In this document: positions 20,095 to 31,100 of the stretch, piece after piece
Numbering within the stretch: the stretch's first letter is position 1
How the letters are laid out: each line of letters starts with the position of its first letter
Source: Candidatus Bathyarchaeia archaeon
GTDB lineage: Archaea; Thermoproteota; Bathyarchaeia; Bathyarchaeales; Bathycorpusculaceae
DNA length: 64,000 nt
Direction of reading: 5' to 3'
Assembly (NCBI GenBank): GCA_050012255.1
Contig: JBEKHN010000002.1
Span: forward strand, 64,001 to 128,000
Notes under the pieces: model-generated
Seen by the model: the letters and a program-made list of their open reading frames with translations, nothing else
Told to the model about the DNA's origin: nothing
Databases searched by the model: none
Made by a program: the position numbers and the translations under genes

Positions 20095-20319
20095 GAGGTT
20101 CTCAATGAATTCGGAGAGCGAACTGGAACCCTCACCGCTTCCACGGCCCAGACCGCTCCGTCCTTTTCCCTCGCCGCTACCACACATTAGCGCCAGTTCA
20201 ACTTCACAACTTTCCTTTCGCATATTCCTGCGGAAAGACTGGAACTAGTAGAAGGCGAAGCTGAAGGTTTTAGCCCCGATGAATGGACAGCTCTGAAGTC
20301 GAAGATAGGCATTAAGTAG
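20087..20319 (+). pseudogene. small Pro-rich ORF, apparently frameshifted near 20190
   Basis: ATG after GAGGGTGA; a protein-like continuation RQFNFTTFLSHIPAERLELV..KIGIK* lies in the -1 frame. Confidence 0.35.
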
Positions 20320-20388
20320 CACCCACATTTCACCGTTACACTCAGGACACTTCATTCATTCAAGAACGACATTTGTCTTTTGCGTGTG

Positions 20389-22335
20389 CTAGACATTTAC
20401 GCGCTTTAGGCGTAAGGTGTTCAGAAGCACCAGCAAGGTCAAACCGTCATCGCCTGAGGCTACTGCAAACCATAGAGGAGTCAAGCCGATCAGCCCCAGC
20501 GCACCCAAGACCACCTTAACGGCAATGGACGCAACAATATTCTGTTTTGCGATCTTGACGGTCTTATCGCTTAACTTGATCATGTATGGAATCTGGATCA
20601 GCTTGTCTTTGACTAGAACAACGTCAGCAGACTCCAGAGCGACATCGACGCCTCTGCCTCCCATTGCAATGCCCACGTCAGAGGCGGCCAGCGCCGGAGC
20701 ATCGTTAACTCCGTCGCCCACCATTGCCACCTGTCCATGCCTAGCTCTTATCTCGCTTAGAACTGTCAGCTTGTCTTCGGGAAGAAGCTCCGCATGGACC
20801 TCATTCATGCCCAGTCTCGCAGAGATTTCACTGGCGATCTCAGTCTTGTCTCCGGTGAGCATCGCTGTGTGGATACCAGCTCTTTTCAAAGCTTCTACTG
20901 TTTCAACAGCATCGTTTCGAATTTCATCAGTCACGCAGATGGTTGCCACGGCAGACTTGTCAATCGACACACAGATGAACGTGTGTTCATCGTTCTCGTA
21001 GATCTCAGCTATCTGGTCACAGTTGCAAACGTTTTCTTCCATTAGTTCCATGTTTCCAACGGCCACGTGAGCGTCATCAACGTAGCCGATGAGCCCCTTG
21101 CCTGGAACCTCCTTCACTTCCCTAACTTCCAGTTTACTGAAATCCAAGTTGCGCTCAGCTGCCTTTCTCACGATGGTCTGAGCAAGGGGGTGGTGAGAAT
21201 ACTGTTCGAGGGCAGCAGCGTACATCAGCGCACGCGACCCTGCAGGCTCAACGTCGTTCACGTTGTGCACTGTGGGCTCGCCGAAGGTCAGTGTTCCAGT
21301 CTTGTCGAAAACAACCGACTTGACCTTAGCCAATTTCTCGATGTAGATGCCGCCCTTGACGATCACTCCCTTTCTCGCGGCAATCGTTACTGCCGTGAAA
21401 ACGGTTGCTGGAACCGAGATGATGAATGCACTCGGGCATGCGATCACCAGAAGCGTTAAGGATCTGTAGAGCCAGGTTTCGAATGGCCCACCAAAAACTC
21501 TCGGAAACACCAGCGCCGTCAGGACGGCTAAGGATATGACTATAGGGATGTAGATGCGGGCAAACTTGTCAACTAGTTTTTCGACGGATGCCTTTCTTTT
21601 CCTAGATTCGATGACAAGCCTACCAATCCTCGAAGCCAAAGTATCTTGAGACCCAGTCTTCACAATGACCTTAAGAACACCATTCAAGTTCAACGTGCCC
21701 GCGTAAACATAGTCATTGACCGCTTTTGTCATAGCAACTGATTCCCCTGTGATGAGAGACTGATCAACAAGAGAGTTGCCATCGACCACAACCCCATCGA
21801 GAGGTATCCTCTCACCGGGCTTCAGAAGGACAATCATACCTGGCTGAACTTCCTTCACACCAACGCTCGTCTCAGCGCCACCGACTAACACTGTTGCCTT
21901 ATCCGGCATAAACTGCGAAAGTCTCTCAACCGTCTTCCGAGCCCTGTCTTCGATAAAACCCTCAAAATACTCGGCCAACGCGTAAAGAAAAAGCACGGTC
22001 ACAGCTTCGAAGAGAAAACCCAGATAAGCAGCACCAAACGCAGCTGCTGACATTAGAAACTCGACCGAGAACCTCTTCTCGGCAACCAGCTCTTTTAACG
22101 CTAAAAGCCCTACGTATACGCCTGCGCTAATGATTGCCAAATAATACATTATCCTTGAGATCGTTGCAGGCTCGTTGAGCAAAGGTAAGCTGAAGCCCAA
22201 CGGAATTCCATGAAACAAGAGATCAAGCGCAGTAGTTGCTAGGATAGTGAGACCCAACGCTACAGCAAGCAACATCCACTTCTGTCTGTTCGTTCCTTTG
22301 TAAACCATTGTCTGCTCTTCATCCCTGCAAGCCAT
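20389..22335 (-). CDS. heavy-metal P1B-type ATPase
   Basis: TGES, CPS, DKTGT, HP and [10 protein letters not shown]; no N-terminal HMA domain. Confidence 0.93.
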   Translation of the reverse strand: MACRDEEQTMVYKGTNRQKWMLLAVALGLTILATTALDLLFHGIPLGFSLPLLNEPATISRIMYYLAIISAGVYVGLLALKELVAEKRFSVEFLMSAAAFGAAYLGFLFEAVTVLFLYALAEYFEGFIEDRARKTVERLSQFMPDKATVLVGGAETSVGVKEVQPGMIVLLKPGERIPLDGVVVDGNSLVDQSLITGESVAMTKAVNDYVYAGTLNLNGVLKVIVKTGSQDTLASRIGRLVIESRKRKASVEKLVDKFARIYIPIVISLAVLTALVFPRVFGGPFETWLYRSLTLLVIACPSAFIISVPATVFTAVTIAARKGVIVKGGIYIEKLAKVKSVVFDKTGTLTFGEPTVHNVNDVEPAGSRALMYAAALEQYSHHPLAQTIVRKAAERNLDFSKLEVREVKEVPGKGLIGYVDDAHVAVGNMELMEENVCNCDQIAEIYENDEHTFICVSIDKSAVATICVTDEIRNDAVETVEALKRAGIHTAMLTGDKTEIASEISARLGMNEVHAELLPEDKLTVLSEIRARHGQVAMVGDGVNDAPALAASDVGIAMGGRGVDVALESADVVLVKDKLIQIPYMIKLSDKTVKIAKQNIVASIAVKVVLGALGLIGLTPLWFAVASGDDGLTLLVLLNTLRLKRVNV

Positions 22336-22405
22336 CTGCTGTCAGCCTTAAGTCATGAAGGCCCAATTCGCGATATTAATCTAGTGCTGATGAATACGAG
22401 CAAAA

Positions 22406-22421
22406 TATTAATATATTAATA
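22406..22421. promoter_or_regulatory. palindrome in the divergent ATPase/nikR promoter
   Basis: perfect 16-bp palindrome TATTAATATATTAATA in an AT-rich spacer. Confidence 0.45.
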
Positions 22422-22443
22422 ATATCATTGTGCTAAGTTAATA

Positions 22444-22860
22444 TTGCAGAGGGTGAAAAACATCACCGTGATTAGCATTACGCTTCCAAACGACCTTCTC
22501 ATTAGGTTCGACGACTTCATGAAAGCTCGAGGTTACTACAGTCGGTCAGAAGCCTTTCGAGACGCCGTGAGAAACTTGATTGCTGAGGCTGACATTGCAA
22601 AACTGGAAACTGGCGTCGTGGCTGCAACGATAATGATCACCTCTGACTACGCGAGAAGAGATGTTGATCTAAGAATGACTGAAGTCAGACATGAATTTGA
22701 CGACGTAGTAGTAGAAAACGTTCACAGACACATTGACGACAAGTATTGCCTAGAAATCTTCATAGCGCAGGGAAAAAACGAAAGAATACTTGACCTGATC
22801 GGAAGAGTCAGAGGAATGCGCGGCATTCAGCAGGTCAAAGCGATGTTCATGTCCTTATAG
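22444..22860 (+). CDS. nikR: NikR-family ribbon-helix-helix metal-responsive regulator
   Basis: ISITLP..GYYSRSEAFRDAVR; C-terminal H..HRH..CLE metal site. Confidence 0.85.
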   Translation: MQRVKNITVISITLPNDLLIRFDDFMKARGYYSRSEAFRDAVRNLIAEADIAKLETGVVAATIMITSDYARRDVDLRMTEVRHEFDDVVVENVHRHIDDKYCLEIFIAQGKNERILDLIGRVRGMRGIQQVKAMFMSL

Positions 22861-22946
22861 CTATTGCCACAGCGTGGAGCGCGCGCTGAAGATCGAACAA
22901 CTTATATTTTGATTAAATCAACCAAGCATAAAATGAGGTTTCTGTT

Positions 22947-23669
22947 ATGACTTGCATTGTTGGAGTCGTTTGCCAAGACGGGATAGTGATAGTCGGTGAC
23001 AAGAAGGTGAAGGCTGGCGAGATGACTTACTATGAGAACAAGATAATCTCGGTTGAAAAATATGAGAACTTGGTGGTCGCCGCCGCTGGATTCTTGGATA
23101 TACGTGAGAAGTTTGTCCAAGACATAAGAAACTTGCACGTCCTAGAGAAAAAGGGGGTGGTGAAGAAAGACCCGTCAAGAGGATTCGTTGGCCTGACTGA
23201 GGATGTTGCTCACAGAATATACGAGATCTACGGTCCTCGCTACAAGGCTGAGGGCTTTGACTACGAGTCTGAGGCTTTTGAAGCGCTTGTGTGTCATAAG
23301 CCCAAGTTGGCTCGCCCCTTCTTGTATTGCGTCGATGCGGTGGGAACATCAAGCAAAGTTAACGACTACAAAGTCATAGGAACTGGGGCACAGTATGCCT
23401 ACGTTTTCATCAAACCATCCTATTCCAGCAAATCAGTTATGGACGACATGGCAGTTATCACCACGTTCATCATTCGCCTAATAGACGAGTGCAAAATAGA
23501 CGATTCGATCGGAGCAGACGAAGAGGGCAAGGTTCAAATCTGGAAATTCCCGAACCGGGCTGATCCATACGAGGTCGACGGTTCAGAGCTCAAGAAGCTC
23601 TTGGATGATGCTGAAAATCGGCTAAAGAGGTTCAGCAATTTCCTGATTCAAGGAAGAATGGGCTCCTGA
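22947..23669 (+). CDS. proteasome beta-subunit-like Ntn hydrolase
   Basis: MTCIVGV..DGIVIVGD..ENKI (Thr1/Asp17/Lys33 equivalents) and IGTG. Confidence 0.75.
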   Translation: MTCIVGVVCQDGIVIVGDKKVKAGEMTYYENKIISVEKYENLVVAAAGFLDIREKFVQDIRNLHVLEKKGVVKKDPSRGFVGLTEDVAHRIYEIYGPRYKAEGFDYESEAFEALVCHKPKLARPFLYCVDAVGTSSKVNDYKVIGTGAQYAYVFIKPSYSSKSVMDDMAVITTFIIRLIDECKIDDSIGADEEGKVQIWKFPNRADPYEVDGSELKKLLDDAENRLKRFSNFLIQGRMGS

Positions 23670-23706
23670 AAAAGCTCTGATAAACGCGCGTTGCTCAGAA
23701 CGTGCC

Positions 23707-24243
23707 CTAGGAAGGAAATGCCTCCTTCAGAAAACTGTACGTTCTTTCTCCTTTTCTCAACAGCCTAAACAGTCCTCTATTTGTGATTTTTGAAATTATC
23801 TCGTGCTCTTTCATGTGATGGTCGCTGAACGACAAGACTCCATCTGGCTTCAAAACACGGTTCAGTTCTTCCAACACGCCGTTCGGATCCACTAAGTCGT
23901 GAAAGGTATCGTACAGCAAAACCACGTCTATGCTCTCCTCCGGCAACCCAGTCTTGCGGTCGGAGAGAATCGTTTCCACGTTTGCGAGGCCGTGCTTTTC
24001 CGCAATTTTCTTAACGCTCTCAACGGCAAGCGGCTCGATGTCCAAGGCATAAACCTTTCCAGACTCGCCAACGACCTCAGAGACAGCTCTCACATAGCTG
24101 CCTGGTCCACAACCATAATCAAGCACGTGAAAACCTTCTTTTGCCCCTGCTTCCTTCACAATGTCACTGCGCGGCCTCAAGAAATCCCGTATCCTGAAAG
24201 TGAAAGCCATAGCCTTGAAACCAAAGTCGGACATTAGCCTCAC
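23707..24243 (-). CDS. class I SAM-dependent methyltransferase
   Basis: VLDYGCGPG, YALDI, RVLKPDG. Confidence 0.9.
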   Translation of the reverse strand: MRLMSDFGFKAMAFTFRIRDFLRPRSDIVKEAGAKEGFHVLDYGCGPGSYVRAVSEVVGESGKVYALDIEPLAVESVKKIAEKHGLANVETILSDRKTGLPEESIDVVLLYDTFHDLVDPNGVLEELNRVLKPDGVLSFSDHHMKEHEIISKITNRGLFRLLRKGERTYSFLKEAFPS

Positions 24244-24408
24244 GCCACCATCGTCAGTTTAACACGAATGTCAGGTCAATTCGACGATAAAGCTCTTCAC
24301 TCCTTTTTCTATCTTATTTCTGATCTCCGCAAGGCTGCCAAAATTGCGGAATAATTGGATAGCATTTCTCAGATGAAGTAGTCGCTGACGAGTGTCGACA
24401 AATATGAA

Positions 24409-24447
24409 TGTATATGCAAAGTGTAAATGCAAAATGTATTTGCAAAG
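24409..24447 (+). repeat. 3 x 13-bp degenerate tandem repeat
   Basis: TGTATATGCAAAG / TGTAAATGCAAAA / TGTATTTGCAAAG. Confidence 0.75.
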
Positions 24448-24664
24448 ACCCCGTGCATCCGCAGAATCGTAGCACCTGCTTCTGGACGCCTGCGGCATGC
24501 CGAAAACAAGAGAACACTCCTCGTCAGCCTGTTGCTAACTCCTTCGGCTCTTTCCCTCCTAGCTGAAGCACTGGATTGATACAAGTTTGTTAAACAGCCC
24601 TTCTCTAAGGGGCACTGCTTAATTAGGAACAAGCGCGCAAGTTGTTGCGCGTGGAGGGCACCTG

Positions 24665-25915
24665 TTGAAGGTTGGTTTTTTTGTCTGGGAGTATCCGCCA
24701 CAGCTCGTAGGCGGGCTCGGAACTTACGCTGAGTACATAACTCACGAGTTTGTTGAAATGGGCCATGATGTGGCCGTTTTTACTCTAAACCCGGGAGAAT
24801 TGAAGACACGTGAAATTATGAAAGGGGTAGAAGTTCATCGTCCCATGATAGCCGACGCAAGCAACGTCTTCCCGATGTTCGTCACGGAAGACTTGGTAAA
24901 ATGGGGAACCAACATCCGGTTCTTCAGCGACATTTTCATGTACAACGTTCTGAGCGCCACCAAATTCATCAATGGGCTGATCAAGAAAGAAGGCAGCAAA
25001 TTCGATGTCGTCTGCGTTCACGACTGGCTGAGTAGCATCGCCGGCATCATAACCAAGAATGAGACGAGAATCCCCGTGGTCTTTCACGTTCACAGCACCG
25101 AGTGGGGAAGAAGCGGAGGACAGGGCTCGGAAGTGGTTTCTCATTTTGAGCAGGCAACAGCGCAACTGGCCGACCACATAATAACCGTAAGCTACGCGAT
25201 GCACGACGACCTTACTCGCCACGGGTGGAATGAATCCAAGATCAGCGTCGTCTGGAACGGTGTCGACGAGGAACGCTACAATCCCAAGAACTGTAGTCAA
25301 GAAGCAATCGATGGATTAAGAGAAAAGTATGGCGTTCAAAAGGATTGGAATCTGCTGTTGTTCGTCGGTAGGCTCACCTGGGTTAAAAGCGTCAGGAACT
25401 TGGTGCAGGCTATTCCGATGGTTCTAAAGGAGTACCCGAAAACCAAGCTTGTCATTTTGGGCAGGGGAGAAGAGCAAAAGGACATATTGGAGATGGCGGC
25501 CAGGCTTGGAATCAGAGAGAACGTTAGCTGCCGCTTCGAATTTGTTCCAGAAGACGAAAGAATTCTGCACTACGCAGCGGCTGACCTCTGCGTTTTTCCC
25601 TCCGTGTACGAACCGTTCGGCATCGTAAGCCTTGAAGCGATGGCCATGGAGAAACCAATAGTCGTCGGCGCCCATGGAGTGGTTGGGTTCCGAGAGCAGG
25701 TCATCCCTTCTGGTCCCAATCAAACTGGAATTCACATAAACGGTGAAGAACCAACCGACATAGCCTGGGGAATAAAAGAGACGCTAAAGGACCCACAGAG
25801 GGCAAAAACATGGGGCGAAAACGGACGAAGAAGAGCTCTTGAATTCTTCACCTGGAGAAAGGTTGCAGAACAAACAATTGACATTTACAAGTCCGTTATT
25901 AGTAACAAGAGCTAG
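24665..25915 (+). CDS. GT4 glycosyltransferase (glycogen synthase-like)
   Basis: WEYPP..GGLG, HDW, EPFGIVSLEAM. Confidence 0.92.
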   Translation: MKVGFFVWEYPPQLVGGLGTYAEYITHEFVEMGHDVAVFTLNPGELKTREIMKGVEVHRPMIADASNVFPMFVTEDLVKWGTNIRFFSDIFMYNVLSATKFINGLIKKEGSKFDVVCVHDWLSSIAGIITKNETRIPVVFHVHSTEWGRSGGQGSEVVSHFEQATAQLADHIITVSYAMHDDLTRHGWNESKISVVWNGVDEERYNPKNCSQEAIDGLREKYGVQKDWNLLLFVGRLTWVKSVRNLVQAIPMVLKEYPKTKLVILGRGEEQKDILEMAARLGIRENVSCRFEFVPEDERILHYAAADLCVFPSVYEPFGIVSLEAMAMEKPIVVGAHGVVGFREQVIPSGPNQTGIHINGEEPTDIAWGIKETLKDPQRAKTWGENGRRRALEFFTWRKVAEQTIDIYKSVISNKS

Positions 25916-25965
25916 ACTGGCCCTCCTGTCATGCGCGCGACCTCATAGAGAGAGAAAGCAGTTTG

Positions 25966-27339
25966 TTATGTATCGGTAAGCTGTACAAGTTCCCTAATGC
26001 TATGTATCTCGATCAGATTGCTCGAATGCGGCTTGGAGGTTCTGAAGGCTGCGGTGAAGAGAACTGTGTCCTGGTCGTGGATAAGGCCTATTGAATGAAG
26101 CTTGTTCGCTGTGGCCAGAATTCGGTCATCTTCTTTGAGGTAGTCAAAGTGCACTGGGTGGACGCCGTAGGACAGTTCAAGTTGCTTCTTGACGCGGTTG
26201 ACAGGTGTGACGGCGATTATTTGTTGAGGGATCTTAAACCTTGAGATCATTCGAGCTGTGTAGCCTGACCTAGTCAGCGTGACGACTTTGTGCACGGGCA
26301 TTTCTTGGCATATCCTTTGAACCGCCTTGCTTACCGTGTCTGAGATGTTGACGAACCCCTCGTCTTCGACGTGACTTTCCACTGCCTTTTCAGTTTCTTT
26401 CGCAATTCTGGACATCATCAGGACAGATTCCACAGGGTACTGCCCCACTGCTGTCTCTCCTGAGAGCATCGTTACCTCTGTCCCATCAATTATTGCGTTG
26501 GCAACATCGCTGACTTCAGCCCTAGTCGGGATCGGCTGGTGCGTCATGGATTCAAGCATTTCCGTCGCCGTTACGACGATTTTTCCTCTCTGATTGCATT
26601 TTCTGATTATTGATTTCTGAACATGCGGGACCTTTTCAGGTTCTATTTCAACGCCCAGGTCGCCTCTTGCCACCATGATTCCGTCTGAGGCGTCAAGGAT
26701 CTCATTGAATTTGTCGACACCTTCAGAATTCTCGATCTTGGCGATGATTGCACCCTTAAAACCGTTGGCCTCTTTCCTCAGTTTAATGATGTCCTGGGCA
26801 CTTCTTGTGAACGAGAGAGCCATGAATTCAACATCGTTCTCTTTTGCAAAACCTATTATTTGAAGATCTTTTCTTGAGAGAGTTGGGACTGCGAGCTTCT
26901 TGTTCGGAATGTTGACTCCCTTTCCATCATCTACTTCGCCGCTTGTCTTTGCGAGCAGTTTCAAGACTTCTTTCTGTTTTTCCACGACCTGCGTTCTCAG
27001 CCTACCGTTGTCAACAAGAACAGTGTCTCCGACATCCACGTCTTCATAGATGTCGTTGTTGAAGCTTATTTTCTTGCCCTTGCCCAGTTCGAAAACGTCT
27101 CCCACGTTGACGATTTTCTTGCCCTTTGCTCTGAGCCTTATCTCAGGCCCTTTTAAGTCGACAACTATGGGAATGTCTGCGACTTCCCGCAGACGGCTAA
27201 CCATTATGCTGTACTCTTTGAGTGTCCCATAAGCCGTGTTTATTCTAGCACCGTTCATTCCCGCACGGTACATTTTCCTGAGCGTGTTTCGGGAAATGCT
27301 AGCTGGACCGATCGTGCAGATGATCTTGGTTTTTTTCAC
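25966..27339 (-). CDS. pyk: pyruvate kinase
   Basis: KTKIICTIGPAS, AKIE, MVARGDLGVE, PTRAEVSDVANA. Confidence 0.97.
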   Translation of the reverse strand: MKKTKIICTIGPASISRNTLRKMYRAGMNGARINTAYGTLKEYSIMVSRLREVADIPIVVDLKGPEIRLRAKGKKIVNVGDVFELGKGKKISFNNDIYEDVDVGDTVLVDNGRLRTQVVEKQKEVLKLLAKTSGEVDDGKGVNIPNKKLAVPTLSRKDLQIIGFAKENDVEFMALSFTRSAQDIIKLRKEANGFKGAIIAKIENSEGVDKFNEILDASDGIMVARGDLGVEIEPEKVPHVQKSIIRKCNQRGKIVVTATEMLESMTHQPIPTRAEVSDVANAIIDGTEVTMLSGETAVGQYPVESVLMMSRIAKETEKAVESHVEDEGFVNISDTVSKAVQRICQEMPVHKVVTLTRSGYTARMISRFKIPQQIIAVTPVNRVKKQLELSYGVHPVHFDYLKEDDRILATANKLHSIGLIHDQDTVLFTAAFRTSKPHSSNLIEIHSIRELVQLTDT

Positions 27340-27446
27340 TTACTCATGCTCCGATGTCTAGTTCAAAGGGACCGCTGCGAATTCACAGTGAAGAAGAGCG
27401 ATAAGTCCTATTTAGAAGATTGCGCTAGCTCGTATGGAGGAAGCCT

Positions 27447-28139
27447 TTGATGATCTGCAATCTGTTTGTCTTTAGACATGCTGAAACCACTGACAACAGC
27501 CGTGGAATATTCTCGGGCTGGCGCGACCCAGTGCTCACCTTGAAAGGGTTTTCGCAGGCACGGGAGATTGCAGAGCAACTTGGGAGAGACAAGATTGACT
27601 ATGCGTTTACCTCGCACCTTAAGAGAGCTCGAAAAACTCTTGAAATCGTTCTTGAGAAGCATCCTGCGATTCATGTTTTCACGGACGACCGCCTCATCGA
27701 ACGTTGCTACGGCTTGCTTCAGGGTAAAAGCAAGAGAAAGATTGCCGAGGAAAGGCCTGAATGGTTCGCTCAAATTCACAGGGGTTATGATTTTCCACCG
27801 CCGGAGGGAGAAAGTCTGAAGATGGTTGAAAATCGAACGTTGCCCTTCTTATTGCAGCTTGAAGAATGGCTCCGACAGAACCCGGGTAACGTGGCAATCT
27901 CGTGCCACGGTAACTCTCTGCGCCCAATTCGTCGAGTCTTTGAGCACCTAAGCTTAAAACAGATGCTTCAGATCGAGAACCCTCAAGACCGTGCAATGGC
28001 TTACGCGCTTCATGTGCACAGTATCAGTATTGAAAGCGCCAGGAAGAGCACCGCTGGAGTGGATTGGCAGGGCATATCTGTTCCGCGACAAGTGAAATTG
28101 GCAACAGATCAGCGAAACCCGTTGAAGAGATATTACTAA
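27447..28139 (+). CDS. histidine phosphatase, cofactor-dependent phosphoglycerate mutase-like
   Basis: RHAET, FSGWRD, ERCYGLLQG, PPEGESL, HGNSLR. Confidence 0.85.
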   Translation: MMICNLFVFRHAETTDNSRGIFSGWRDPVLTLKGFSQAREIAEQLGRDKIDYAFTSHLKRARKTLEIVLEKHPAIHVFTDDRLIERCYGLLQGKSKRKIAEERPEWFAQIHRGYDFPPPEGESLKMVENRTLPFLLQLEEWLRQNPGNVAISCHGNSLRPIRRVFEHLSLKQMLQIENPQDRAMAYALHVHSISIESARKSTAGVDWQGISVPRQVKLATDQRNPLKRYY

Positions 28140-28167
28140 TTCTAAACAGGTAACGCGCCAAACAGTG

Positions 28168-31100
28168 TCAGCTCCGTTTTATTCGAACTGTTCTGATATC
28201 AAACGGGCGCAGTGACAAGTTCAGTTTGTTTCCTTGGGTTTTTAAGATGGCTAGTTTCTTCTCCATTAGGTCAGTTTCGTATGCTTCCTTAGTGTGGAAA
28301 CCAAAGAGGATCTCTGCTTTGGCGCCCTTACCAGAGGCGTCATAGATTCTGATGATGTAGTCGTCTGATTCCTCAGCCAGCTTGACGCACGAAACTACTA
28401 CATTGTTCGGCTTGACTTGGATGAAGCTTGCTATTTCACGGTCAGATCCGTCCGATCGAGACGATCTCGCGACCATTACAGTTTCAAGCGGATGGTTCAA
28501 TTCGTAGCCTTTCCTGAAAGTCAGGGCTTCCTTCCAGCCGCCTTTGTGTGGGAAAACGGAGTATCTAATCTCATGCACTCTTTGGTCGGGCTTCGGGTCT
28601 GGGCTGTAGCTGGTCCTGACCAATGTCATCCTTACCGTATTGCCCTTGACATCGAACCCGTACTTAGAGTCGTTGAGAAGGCTCAGTCCGTACTCTCCGT
28701 CTGAAAGGTCAACCCATCTCAGCGCGGGTGTCTCAGTGCCGTCAGCCACTCTTTCGACGTAGCCGAAGGGGATTTCAAACGTTGCTTTGGAGTCTCCCAG
28801 TATGGGCGTAAAGGAGACCTTCAGCATGGGAGCTTCTGTCTGGTCGTCGGAAACCATTCTCCAGTCTATCACGGTTTCGAAGTCTACTCTGGGAATGCCC
28901 TTCAGAAGCGAGATGCGCTGTGTGATCATGGATTTACTGTGCTTATGGGTAACCTTGAATGAAGCTCTCACTGGTCCAGACTCTATGAGTTCGACTTCAG
29001 CGCCTCTTATGAGGTTCTCTGTTCGACTTATCTCGCCGATGATCCAGGCGGACATGTCGTGCGGAAGCTCGTACAAGACCTGCAGCAGGTTACTAAAAAC
29101 GGGAGTAGTAGATTTGAATCTGTCCTTTTTGAAGACAAACCTGTCAGAAGCCTTGTCATAAAGAGACGTTATAGTACCAGAGTTCTTCTCAATTTCAAGC
29201 CTGAAGAATTCGTTCTCAACCGAGTTTTCACTGGCTGACAGCCCTGTTAGGTCTTCTTCTGCACAACTGCCCTCGACGAGGTAGTAAACTCTGTAACCTA
29301 TTGATGGCACTTTGGCCAAGAACAGGACCTCGTCTCCGGCGACTTGCACCAGTGATTTTTCCTGGCCGCCAGCTGAAACGACGATCGGGTTTCGTGGAAT
29401 CGCGCGCTTGGGAACTTTGATTTTCACGAGGTCTGTTCGATCCCAAGACAATGAGTTGAAGACAACAATCGGGATGCCATTCCCGGAGAACTTTATCCTT
29501 TCTGCAAGTGCCCTGACAGAACCCTTCAAGATATCGTCAGCGATCCTTAGTGCTTCTTTCGCAAGTTTGACAGGAAGAACGTACCCTTCGGGGGCTCCGC
29601 TTCCGTCAAGGATGTCGTGGAACTGGTTGAAAAGCATGTTCAACCAGGCCTTTCGAAGATAATCCCTTGGATACTTGCCCGAGAGCACCGCGAACCGTTC
29701 AGCGTCTACGAGCAGCCTCTCACAAAGCCTGTTGTAACGCTTGATGTCACTGTGTGTGGTGTAGCAGCCGTCAAATGTGAACTGCAGCTCGTCATTAATG
29801 ACGGGAAGGGCCTTGATGCTTGGTTGTCTTTCAACTTCCTCAAAGAACCTGTGAGTTGAGCTGAAGGCGATTGTAGGCAAGACCTGTTTCTTCTGAATCT
29901 CGTGGGCTGCTTCAACATCTTCGATTGTGGCTCCGCCACCGTGGTCGCCAACCCCGTAGACGAACATGCTCGTCTTGAGTCCGTAGCGACTGTGAAGGTC
30001 GATGGCTACGTCAACTATGTTCTTTGGGGTAACGGAATTGTTGTAAACGCTCGTGAAGGCTAGGGCTCTCGTTCCGTCGGGCGATTGCCACCAGAAGATG
30101 GGATGGCCTTTGCCGCACCTCATGAAGTAGTAGTATTTCAAGCCGGCTTTACTTGCGACTTGAGGGAGCGTCCAAATGTGACCGAAGGTGTCGGGCATCC
30201 AACAAACCTTAGGCTCGAACCCGAATTTCTCCTTCACGTATCGTTTGGCTTCTAGGAACTGCCTGACCAGTGCTTCTGTTCCAACCATGTTTAGGTCAGC
30301 TTCGGTCCACATCGAGGCTGTTATGTCCCAGTTGCCCCGTTTCACATGTCTTCTTATCGCTTCGAAGAGCTCAGGATACTCCTGCTCGACGGCTCTGTAC
30401 GTGGCGGCTTGGCTCTGGGAAAAGCAGAAGTCAGGGTACTTGTCCATCAGTTTGACCATCGTGCTGAAGGTTTCCTTAATGGTGTTAAGGGTGTCTTCCC
30501 ATGGCCAAAGCCAATTCATATCTATGTGGGCGTGAGCAACGAGGTATACCTTAAATTCCTTAGCTTTCTGGGATAGGATGGTCAGTTTGGCTCGGGCCTT
30601 GTTTATCTCTTCAAGAAGGGCTGAGGGCTTTCCATTGAAAGCCTCTAGTCTGAAGTCTTGACAAGCCTTTTGAGTCAATTTCTCATCAAGAAACTTGGCA
30701 AACCTAAGTTCTTGGATAAACGAGTCTATCTCAAACGCAGTTCTCTCTACGAGGCTGTAGGATATGCTGAAAGACGGGACGCCGACGGGTTCGTATTTTG
30801 GATGTAGGTGAATGGCGACGACATGGCTTTTGCCGGGTGTCGCCTTTTCATCCAACAATATCTTGTATTCTCCTAGATCCGCCCAGTAGTCTGCGCTGAA
30901 TATTTTCTCAGAATCCAAGTAGATCTCTATCTTGTCAAGGATTACTGACGAGAACATCTTCGCGACCGAGCCTGAGACTTCTATCCCAGCGATCTGTTTG
31001 GGAATCGCGATTCTGGTTCTGAGCCAAGCGTCTCCTATTCTAGCATCGACAGTCTTGGGCAGGCTGACGGTTTCCCATGTTGAATCGTCAAAACTGTGCT

